A stretch of 64,000 bases of DNA from NCBI GenBank assembly GCA_963822445.1, contig CAWGHO010000003.1, positions 1,024,001-1,088,000 on the forward strand, given 5' to 3'. The notes beneath the pieces were generated by a model. The model saw only the letters and a program-made list of their open reading frames with translations. It made no database searches and was not told the DNA's origin. Position 1 is the first letter of the stretch; each line of letters starts with the position of its first letter. Position numbers and translations under genes: made by a program. Origin of the DNA: an uncultured Acidobacteriota bacterium (GTDB lineage Bacteria > Acidobacteriota > Thermoanaerobaculia > Gp7-AA8). This document shows positions 9,935 to 20,400 of this stretch, piece after piece.

Positions 9935-11483
9935 CTTTTTCCTGTTGTCGAACGCCGTTGACGAACGTTACCTGATTCCCACGCGTCGTGAAATCCGGCC
10001 AACCCTCGCGCTTCTGTCCACCGTTTGCCCCCCACGTCCCCCACGTACCCAGATCGACCCCGAAGGTCCAGGTTGGCTGGTCGTTACCAGTCACGGACGT
10101 CTGCATGATCTTCGACAGCTCTTCCGCAATGGAATCGTCACCTCGCGCCGAGTTACAGGAGTTGAGGATGATTGCCGTGCCGGGACGCCATATCTGGGAG
10201 TCTGCCCGGATTTTGTCGGCCAGCTCCTGCGCAGTCATTCCATTCACTTTCGAGCTGGTTCCGTGAGAATTGATGAGGATCGTGTTGTCCGGCACGGAGT
10301 TCAGCCATGCTGCCATTCGATTGCTGTATTCGCGCTTGCCGAAGAACGTCATCTTTTCGCCTTCAGCGCTCTGCTCGGTTTCAGCCGTGGCCGTGGAGCT
10401 CTTCTTTGGCTCAGGCTCCTCTCCGCACGGTTTGTCGCCACGTTTCTCGAAACACGGCGGCCCCTTGTCCGCCAATCCGAACGGGTCAGTCCGGCTCATC
10501 GGATTGTTACGCGTATACGCATAGCGGTTCCAGGATTGCGGATCGCGCTGATCACCAAGCACCGGATCAATGGACAGGAAGCGGCCCAGAGCCGGCGAGT
10601 AATACCGCGCGTGCATGTAGTCGAGGGTGTCGGGTCCGTCGGTCAGCCACTTATCGCGCTCGTGGCCGGTGTACTGCAGGGGAGTGGCCGCCGGTTCCGT
10701 CAACCCGCCGCTGACCTCCGGGCCGAATGCGTAGTAGTCGTGAAACCCGATGATGCGATTGTTCTGATTGGTCACGCGCCGCGGCGTGCCGAGGTGGTCG
10801 AGGTGATAGTGCTCCCTAGCGGCGCCGATCCCGGTGCGACGCACGGACGCGAGCAGGAGCCCGTCGCGATAGACATAATCGCGAGTCCAGGTGAAGGCGC
10901 CCTGTGCATTGCTGGCGAATTCGCGCAGGACTTTCCCGTTCACATCGCGAATGGTCCAGGTCCACGACGAGCCGACCAGGTGGGTCGCAATACGCTCGTC
11001 GTCCGCCGTATAGACGAATTCCTTGGCCATCCCCCCGCCGCTGTCATCGCGGACGGGCATGTTCAGGATGTCGTACGTGTACGTGTGTCCCTGGTACGTA
11101 CGGATGTTGCCGGCGTCGTCATAGTTCAGGTTCTCGACGCGATTCGTCGTGGAATCGATGGACTGGCCGAACTGGCAATCGCTCACTTCCGTGGTTTCGG
11201 GCGCGTGCGTGCAGCCGGTGCGGTTACCGAAGGCGTCGTACGTGTACACGCGCGTGACGCCGTTGACATCGGCCTGCACCAACCGGCCAGCCTTGTCGTA
11301 AACGAACCTGTCCTTGTCGATCTGGCGCACGTTGCCCGAGCCGTCGTAGGTGTACTGAAGGCCGTTGTTCCAGTTCACCTTCTCGGCCGGGGCAGGGCCG
11401 GCAGCAGGAGCGATCCGCGCATCCGCCAGAAGCGGAGCCGCGGCCAGAATGGAAGCGAGAGAGACGATCGTGAGTCGAATCAT
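9906..11483 (-). CDS. Rhs repeat-associated core protein with signal peptide and caspase-like C-terminal domain
   Basis: Signal MIRLTIVSLASILAAAPLLADA; YD repeats; HYHLDHLGTPR, YTGHERD, YMHARYYSPALGRFLSIDP, NRYAYTRNNPMSRTDPFGL; C-terminus has SHG and LNSCNS. Confidence 0.92.
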   Translation of the reverse strand: MIRLTIVSLASILAAAPLLADARIAPAAGPAPAEKVNWNNGLQYTYDGSGNVRQIDKDRFVYDKAGRLVQADVNGVTRVYTYDAFGNRTGCTHAPETTEVSDCQFGQSIDSTTNRVENLNYDDAGNIRTYQGHTYTYDILNMPVRDDSGGGMAKEFVYTADDERIATHLVGSSWTWTIRDVNGKVLREFASNAQGAFTWTRDYVYRDGLLLASVRRTGIGAAREHYHLDHLGTPRRVTNQNNRIIGFHDYYAFGPEVSGGLTEPAATPLQYTGHERDKWLTDGPDTLDYMHARYYSPALGRFLSIDPVLGDQRDPQSWNRYAYTRNNPMSRTDPFGLADKGPPCFEKRGDKPCGEEPEPKKSSTATAETEQSAEGEKMTFFGKREYSNRMAAWLNSVPDNTILINSHGTSSKVNGMTAQELADKIRADSQIWRPGTAIILNSCNSARGDDSIAEELSKIMQTSVTGNDQPTWTFGVDLGTWGTWGANGGQKREGWPDFTTRGNQVTFVNGVRQQEKDEIRPLPWD

Positions 11484-11485
11484 GG

Positions 11486-14400
11486 CTATTTCTTCCCAAC
11501 CACCTGGACGTTGCCCTGGCCCACCCGTTGTTCGACGGCTCGCAGGCCGTCCCAACCGGTGGCGAGCCAGATGCCGCCGTCACGTTTGAGCAGGACCACG
11601 CTGACGGCGTCGTTGACGGAGGGCTCACCGGCGTCGGTCGCGGTCACGACGAGCGGCGCGCCGTCGACGATGACGGCCGGTGCCGTCGAATCCGTGACGT
11701 CGCGCAGCGTGGCCGTGCCGACTATCGTGGCCAGACCACCCGCGGCGGTCCGGCGGATGGACATCGAGACGGGAGCCGCGGTCAGCTCGTACGAACGAGC
11801 GACTTCGCCTTCCGTGCGCGTGAACGCGAACGTGAGCTTGCCTTTCAGGACGGCGTCTTTGTCGTATTGCAGGTTGACGTTGAAGCGCAGCGACGTTGCT
11901 GTCTGTGGTGCGTACGGACCGGCCGCCGAGGCCACGCCGGCGCTGCCACCGCCGTTGAGCGAATCCTCGGTCGGCGTGGCGATGGTCATCGCCAGATCCT
12001 CCGCCGCAGCGTCACGGGTGTAATGGCCGCCGACGCGCGCGCCGACGGTCAGCAATGCCGGGAGCGTCGTGCCGAAGTCGCGCGTGAACGTGCACGTGGC
12101 TACGCCGGTCCGCTCGTCCGTGGCGACGAGCAGCCCGATCGGAGCGGTGCAGAGAACGGTGTCCGTGGAACGATCGACGAAGGTGAGCGTGGCCGTGCGG
12201 ATGTCACCCGCATCGACGTCACCGTTTGCCTCGGCGGTGACGCTGATGTCGCGAACCGTGGCCGCGAGGGTCACGCTCGTCAGTCCGCTGCGCGCGCCGC
12301 CGATGAAGGCCGGCGAGGTGATCAGCACCCGCGCATCCTCGGCAGTCACAGTGAACGTCGAGCCGACGTACGTGATCGCGTAATTGCTCGAGGTCAGGCC
12401 GCCGATGGTGATCGGGTACGTACCCGGCGGGGAGAGGCGCTCGGCCGTGGTCTGGATCGACAGAACGCCGGTGAGCACCGCCGGAGTCTCGCCGAGGACG
12501 AAGCCGGTGAACGTGGCCGTCAGTTGCGGCAGGGGATCGCTGTACTGCTTCGAAGCCGGATTCGCGGCGATGGTCAGCGGCGCGGGAAGAACCGTCAGTG
12601 TCGACGGCGTGATGGTCACGTCGTAGTTGACCAGACGGTTGTTGGGATCGACGAGCGTCGCCGTGATCGGATACGTGCCGGTCACGCTCTCGTGCGTGGC
12701 CGTGGTGGCGTACGACGGCGCGATCGGATCGTTGTTGACGACGCCGGTGAGGACGCCTGTCAGCGCCGGAACCGGCGCGCCGTAGAGCTTCGACTTGGCG
12801 TCGACGACGAGCGACAGCGGCGCGCGGAGCACGTCGAGCGTGACCGACGCCGACGCGGGGAGGTAGTTCGGCGTTTCGGCAACGGCGACGGAGAGAACTT
12901 GTCCCCCGGCGTCGAGCACGGTCCCGGCCGGTGGCGTATACGTCAAAGCGCCGTGCGCCGCGGGTCCGACCACCTGTACGGCGGCGTTGAGCTGCGTCGC
13001 CGACAGCGCCGTTCCGTAGACGATCGGCACGGGTGCTGTCCAGACGATGGTCTGCGGGGCTTTGGCCACGTCGATCGTGGTGGCGATGTCGCCCTCGTTG
13101 TAGTTGCGCGTGTCGGACGGCGTGAAGTGTGCGGACAGCGTGTGACCCGTACCCGCGTCGAGAATCGTTCCCGCGGCGGGCGTGTAGTCGAACGTGCCCG
13201 GCACGTCAGCCGTGGCGTTGAGTTGCGTGGACGAAAGGGCCGTGCCGTAGACGATCTCCGCCGGCTTCGACCAGGCGAGAACGGGATCGGCCTTCTGCAC
13301 TTCGAGCGTCGTGGTGGTGCTGGCGTCGTTGTAGTTGCCCGTGTCGGTGGGCGTGAAACTCGCGGTGAGCGTATGCAGACCGGCTTCGAGCAACGTGCCG
13401 GCCGGCGGCGTGTAGATGAGCGTGCCCGGCACGTTGGCGGTGGCGTTGAGCTGTGTCGCGCCGAGGAGAGCCTTGTAGACGATCGGCGCGGGCTGCGGCC
13501 AGGTCAGGACCGGCGTCGCCTTGAGGACGTCGAGCGTCACCGTCTTGCCGGCGGCGTTGTAGTTCGGTGTTGCCGCGACAGAGACGGAGAGGGCCTGTCC
13601 CGCGCCGGCCTGGAGAACCGTGCCGGCGGCAGGGGAGTACGTCACCGCACCGGCGGGCGAGGGACCGACCACGGTGACCGTGGCAGCGAGCTGCGTCGAT
13701 GACAGCGGCGTGCCGTAGACGATCGGCGCCGGCTGCGGCCAGGTGATGATCTGCTCCGCTTTGGCCACGTCGAGGAAGACCTTCAGCGTGACGGATTCGT
13801 AGTTGCGCACGTCGCCGGGGATGAGCTTCGCTGTCAGCTCGTGACGTCCCGCGTCGAGAACGCTGCCGAGCTTCGGCGTGTAGGCGAACTGGCCGGGGAT
13901 GCTGGTCGTGGCATTGAGCTGCGTCGCGGAGAGCGGCGAGCCGTAGACGATCGGCGCCGGAGCGCTCCACGTCGCCACCGGCGTGGCTTTGGTGATCTCG
14001 ATCGTGACGAACGCCGTCGCCGGCTGGTACCGGCTGTCGGCAGGCGTGAAGACGACAGCGAGTCGCTCCGTGCCGGCGCTCAGGATCGTGCCCGCCGGTG
14101 GCGTGTATGCGAACGTCCCCGGCACATTCGTCGTGGCGTTGAGCTGCGTCGACGACAGCGGCGTGCCGTAGACGATCGGAGCGGGGTTGTTCCAGGTAAC
14201 GAGCGCCGAGGAACGCGCGACCACGACGTCCACGGTGGCCGTGGCGGAGTTGTAGTGATCCGTCCCGGCCGCGCTGACTTTCAACTCGTGGGTGCCTTCA
14301 GGCAGCAGGGTGCCGGCGGGCGGCGTGTAGGTCAGCGCGCCGGCCGGCGCGGGACCGGAGGTGATGACCGCGGCATTGAGCTGGGCCGCGGTGAGAGCAT

Positions 14401-17400
14401 CACCGAATGGCATCGTCGCCGGATCGGACCAGCGGATGATCTGCTCGCCCTTCCCGACATCGATGGTGGTCGTGGCCGTGGAGAGGCTGTGGTTCGGGCT
14501 CTCGGGCTCGAACGTCACCCGCAACGTCTGCGCGTTGCCCACGGCCAGGAGCGTGCCCGGCTCCGGATCGTAGGTGAATTCACCGGCCAGGTTGGAGGTG
14601 GCGTTGAGCTGTGCGCTGCCGAGCGGCGCGCCGTACTTGATCGCTTCCGGGCTGGCCCAGGTCACTGACGAAAGAGCCTTCTGGACGATGAGCAGCGCGT
14701 TCTTCGTGATCGGCGCGAGCGTCGCGTCGGCCGGCGTGAAGGTCACGCCGAGGGTCTGATAGCCGGCATTGAGAATCGTGCCCGCGGGCGGTGTGTAGAC
14801 GAACGTGCCGGGTACATCGGCGGTGGCATTGAGCTGCGCCGCGGAGAGCGGCGTGCCGTAGCCGATGGGTGCCGGGTCGGTCCACGTTACGGTTGCCGGC
14901 GCGGCCGTGACGACCAGGTTTGTAGTCGAGGACGACGCGTTGTGCGTCGTGTCGCCGTCGAAGCGGACCGTGATCGCGTTCGGATACGTTCCTGCCGCGA
15001 TTCCGGCCACGCTCTTCGCGGCCTGGACCAGGCCGGTTGCGTCGGTTCGCAGACGAGCGAACTCGCTGCCATTGAGAGCGAAGACGAGCTCCCTCTGCGC
15101 GAGCGGGGTGCTGCCGGCAGCGAGCGTCGCGGTCACGGCCACGGCCGTACCGACGGTGGGCGGATCGGCGACCACGGCGATGGAGGTCGCCGTACGCGGA
15201 TCGGTGCCGGTGCCGGAGGGGCCGGCGACAGTGCTGCCGCCGCCGCCGATCTGCCAGTTCAGATCCTCGCGTTTGTCGATTGTGACGGCCTTCTCGGGGT
15301 CGGGATCGATATAGAGACCGCTCATGACCCAGACCTTGTGCTCGCCGGTTACGACGTTGCGCCAGACGATGTCCGGTCTGCCCAGCGAGTCGCCGTCGAA
15401 GTTGCCGATCACGGCCGGCATCCAGTTGGGATCGAGCGTCGTGGCCAGCGGCTTGATGGCGGCTTCGAGCCTGCGCAGCGGAGAGCGGCCCATCTTGTCG
15501 CCCTGAGGCGTGATCTGCGGGCCCTGCTTCGCGTCATTCATGACCCAGATCGAGTTCTCACCGGTATTGCGGTTGTGGAAGAAGAGGTCCGGCCTACCGT
15601 CGCCGCTGAAGTCATCGGCGCCGTGGAGACCCCAGCCCTGACCCGAGTTCGCCGGCAGGGCCCAGGTGCCTTCGCGGTCGGCTCCGTCCATGAACCAGAT
15701 CTCGTTTTCACCCGTGGCTTCGTTGTGCCAGACGATGTCGTCGTTGTAGTCGTCGTCGAGATCGGCCACGCCGCCGATCGTCCAGGGGCCGTCTTTGCGC
15801 AGCTCGATCGGTTGCGGAGGCTGGATCGGAGTCGTTCCGCTCATCCTCCAGACCTCGTTCGCGCCGGTCTCGGGATCGCGCCAGACCAGGTCCGGACGCT
15901 CGCTGTCGTCGATGTCGCCCACGCTCTGCAACCGCATGCCGGGCTTGGTGTTCACCGGCAGGCCGAACGTCTGGAGCCGGTTGCCCTTGGCATCGAGCGT
16001 CCAGATTTCATTCGCACCGGTGACCGTGTTGTGCCAGACCAGGTCCGCGACCACGTCGCCGTTGAACGATTTGGAGACCGAGCGCCGCCGCTGGCGCGGC
16101 TGCTGGTAGAAGAAGGCGGCCGCCGTGCGGCTGATCTGTGAGCCGCAGGAGTTGGTGACCTTGGCCCAGTAGAAGGTCATCCCGTGCGGCCGGACGGTGG
16201 CGGTGTCGGTGTTTCCGCCGTCCGCGGCAGAAATGGGGTCGCTCTCGTCGCCGGCTTTGCCGCGGTACCACTGCCAGGTTCCCGACGCGTTCGCCCACAG
16301 CTTGATCTCGCTGGAATGGCCGAAGATGAGATGGTCGCCGGGCGCCTGATTCAGGCCCCAGGGGAAGGAGTTGGTGATCAGCGGCACGCTGCAGCTGCTG
16401 CCGGCGTTGCGGAAGGTGACCGACTTGCTGACCACCCCTTCGCACCACTCGTTGTCGACGGTCGCGACGTAGGTCACGGTTTCGCCGTCGTCGGGATAGC
16501 CTGCGTCGCCGGGCGCGAGCGTCAGCGCGGAACAGTCGTCATTCGGACAATCACGGATCTTCCGGCCGTTCGCGTACCACCTGTAATTGAGATACGTGCC
16601 TTCCACGTGGATGCGCAGGGAGACGTTCTGTCCGTTCCGGACGGTGCCGCCGTCCTCGAGGTCGCTGACCATGGTCGGGCAGACGACCGGCGGCGGCGCT
16701 TCCTGGTTCACCCGGGCCGTCTCGACGCCGCCGTTGATGGAGAGCGTCGCCATGCGCTGCTTGCCGTTGTTGACGTCGGCGCGGAAGGAAACGATGCCGT
16801 TGCCCTTGCCGCTCCAGGAAATGAGATCGAGCCAGTCCTGGTCATCCGTGACGGTCCACTCGCATTCGGCCGGGGCGATGACGTTGACGCTGCCGTCGAA
16901 CGCGAACTTGTACGGGATGAAAACGGGCGAGGTCGAGAAGCGGAACGTGCAGTCGCTGCCTTGCTCGACAGGGATGTTCTTGGTGTTGTAGTCGAAATCG
17001 ACCCAGACGTTGTCGGAGCGCTGGCCGGAGCCGCCGAGCGCCGGCACATCGACGTTGAACTCGCCGTATCCCTGCTTCTTCACGATCGGTCCGACGCGAT
17101 TCGACAGGAACCCCGATGGGTTCATCGGCTCCCACGAGCACCTGTTCGATGTGTTGACGGCGACCGCGAAGATCCCGCCCGCCGCGCCGACATTCATGAA
17201 ACTCGGAACGACGGTGTACGACATGAAGTCGCAGATGATGGTGATGTCCGCGGTATCGGTTTCCGCCGGGAACAGCCCGCCGGCGTAGCTGACGGTCACG
17301 CCGTCCTTGTGGGTAGCCTGAGCGAGGTCGAGCGTGTACTCGAGCACGGCTTCGCCGGTCGGACCGGTCTTCGCCGTACCGATCGGTGTGCCGAGGACGC

Positions 17401-20400
17401 TGAAGGTCAGGTCTTCGTCGACGAGGGGACCGTTGGCCGAGGAGAGCTTCGCGGAGAAGCGCGCCTTCCGGCCGATCGATGCCCACACGTTCGCGGCGAC
17501 GAGCTGCGTATCGCCGTCGCACGACTCGAATTTGAACGGCTTGCCGACCAGCTCCTCGGTCAGACCGCGCTGGCATACACCCATTCCGCCTTCGACCTCA
17601 GGCCCTTCGGCAACGACCGTGTAGGTGTACGTGTTGCCTTTGACGGCGGTGGTGTCGAGGAACTTCGTGCCGGTGATGCAGCTCGATCCGGAGATGTTCA
17701 CGCCGTCGCGGAGGACGCGGTACTTGATCGTGCTCGCGGCGCCGCAAAGCATGGCCGCGGGCCAGGAGACCTCGATGCCGCACGCCGTCGGATTGACCTT
17801 CGCGCGCACGAAGCCGGCGTCGAAGTACGGATCCGTGTTCGTGCAGCCGGTGAACGTGATCTTGCTCGGGCGGGGGATTCCGTTCCGGGCGCTGTAGGTG
17901 TCGGTGGGGTCGTCGAGGGCCTGATGCTGGACCTTTTCGACCATGCCGGAGGGGTGGTAGGTGAGCGTCGCGAATCCTTCGACTTCGGTCAGACGGCCCG
18001 CGGTGCGGTTGTTCGTGACAGAAAACAGGCCGTCGTCGACTGCACAGACCGAATAGGTGCAGCGCGGCATGCGGATCGTGTCCGGCAACAGGTTCTCGTC
18101 GTAAGTGACGCCGTAGTCGAACTCCTGGATGGTGGTCGCGGTGCGGTTGTTCTGCCCGTCGTAGGCCGCGCGCTCGACCAGCGTCTTCCGCGTGTCGACC
18201 TTGCCGGTGGCGCCGTAAATGTAGCTCTCGGTGACCTCGATGTTGCCGTTCCCGGGCGAGGAAAGCCTGTTGTACCGGATCGCTTTCCTGAGCTTTCCAT
18301 CGTCCGCGCCGTCGACTTCGAACACGAATTTCTTGAGCGGACCGCTCGGGCCGGCCACTTCGACGAGACGCTCGGCGGAGTCGAAGGTGTAATCGGTCGT
18401 CACTCCGCCGATGGTGCGTTTCCAGGCGTGACCGCGCGCGTCGTAGTCCTCGTACGTGGTGTATTCGATGCCCGCCTGGTCGGGATCCTGGGTCTCGGGA
18501 TGCGATTCCTTTTCGAGGAAGCCGCGCTCGTCGTACGTGAAGGTACGCGTTTGGGTCACGTCTTCAGAGGCGCTCGCCACCTCAGCGGTGGTCGACACCT
18601 CGATCAGTCTGTCGTCGATGTTGTACGTGTAATCCGTGGTGACGGGACTCCCGCCGGGACCGGACCGTTGGATGACCGATTCGAGGCGGCCTTGTGCGTC
18701 GTAAAACTCGGTGACGACGACGTTCTCGCTTCCGCCGAGCGAGGTAGCCACGCCCTGCGCGCGGGTTTTCCTGCGGATGCCGGAGTATTCGAAAGTCGTC
18801 GTGGTGAGGTCGGGAGCGCGGACGGTTTTCTGGCGGTTGAAGGCGTCGTAGGTGACGTCCGTCGCGTCGCCGGAGACGTCGGAGAATGGATGCTGGGCGA
18901 GCTCGATCGGCTGGGTGACCGAAGCGGCTCGTCCGAGCGCGTCGTAATCGTTCTGCACCACCGCGACCTTGCCGTTCGGCAGGGTCTTGCTGGAGCGTTT
19001 CACGCGCCCGAGGCCGTCGTACTCATAGGTGTTCGTGGCGATGACGCCCGACGGGCCGGTGACCGTTTCGATCACGTGCGCATTCCGGCTGGCGGTGGAG
19101 TTCTCATACTCGTAGCTGGCCGTCGCACCGCCGGCGGGCTTCACCGATTTGAGGCGGACGGGCTTCGCTTCGTAGTCGTATGTGGTGGTGACCCCGGCGG
19201 TGTCTTTTTTCTTGACCACGACGCCGGTGAAGACGTCGACCCAGAGGTCGAGGCTTTTGAACGCGAGCTCCGTACCGTCCTCACGCTTGTAATACTTCGA
19301 CCAGACGGGGAAGCCGCCCGTGTAAAACTCCGTGCTGCTTCCCTCCACCGGCGTCAGGTAATGCGTCTCGACCTGGTACCAGGGCTGGCCGAGGGATGTG
19401 ATGCCGGTGCTGCAGTCGTGCGTCTCCGGCAGCGTGTTCTGCTTGTCACCGCCGAAGTTCTTCACGAACTCGATGTCGCCGAGGGTGGAGGGCTCGTAGA
19501 CAGTGAGCAGGTCGTTCTTGCTCGGTTTGGTCGAATCGACGAGCAGGCGGGTGCGCTCGAGGAAGCCGGTGGTCGCGTTGAAGCAGGCCAACTGGCGGCG
19601 TGTCTCGGTACCCTTCGAGACGTTGCGCTCGGTGAATAGTCCGGTGATCCAGACCTTGCTCTTGATGAACAGGTCGTCGTGCTCCCACTTGTCGTACTTG
19701 GTGATGGTGGTCTTCGATTCGGCGTCCGGGAAGTTGCTGCTCTGGACGACTTTCCCGTAAACGCCCGCGCCGTTGTCATCGAAGTGGTCGGTGGCGATGT
19801 AGCAGTCGCCATCGCAACCCGCGTCGTCCTGTTCGTGAAAGACGGTCTTGGATGACTGGAGCTGCTGCGCTCGATCCGTCCCATAGACGAGCGGATAGGC
19901 CGACCTGTCGACGCTCAGCGGATGGTTCTCGTATTTGGTGTGGGTCGAGCGTTCGAGCTTGCCGTTCGTGCAATCGCCGGCTGTCGTGCAACCCGAGTAG
20001 ACCTCGGTGGTCAGACGCCGTCCGTCGGCATCAGCGGCGTATTCGGCGTCGCCGAGGACCCTCGGTCCGAGAGGTCCCTTTCGAACGGCTGGTGATGACG
20101 TGACGATCGTTCCCGGATACCCGAACGCCATCCGTCCCTCGACCGCCCACGGATCGACGGGCCGCGGCTCATCGCCCGGGAACGGGACTCTGGGAGGACA
20201 CTCGCCGAAGCTCGTGTCGAAGTAGAAATCGAACGAATACGTGTCGAAGTAGTGATCGCTGCGTGTCCGGAACTTTGCACTGCCAACCCCTTCCTCCGGC
20301 GAGAGAACGGAGGTCCGAAACCAGTAATGGGGCAGGGCACTGCTCGCGCCGATCGGCGACACCAGACTGCAACAGTAGTTGGCCAGGGGGTCGGGAAAGG

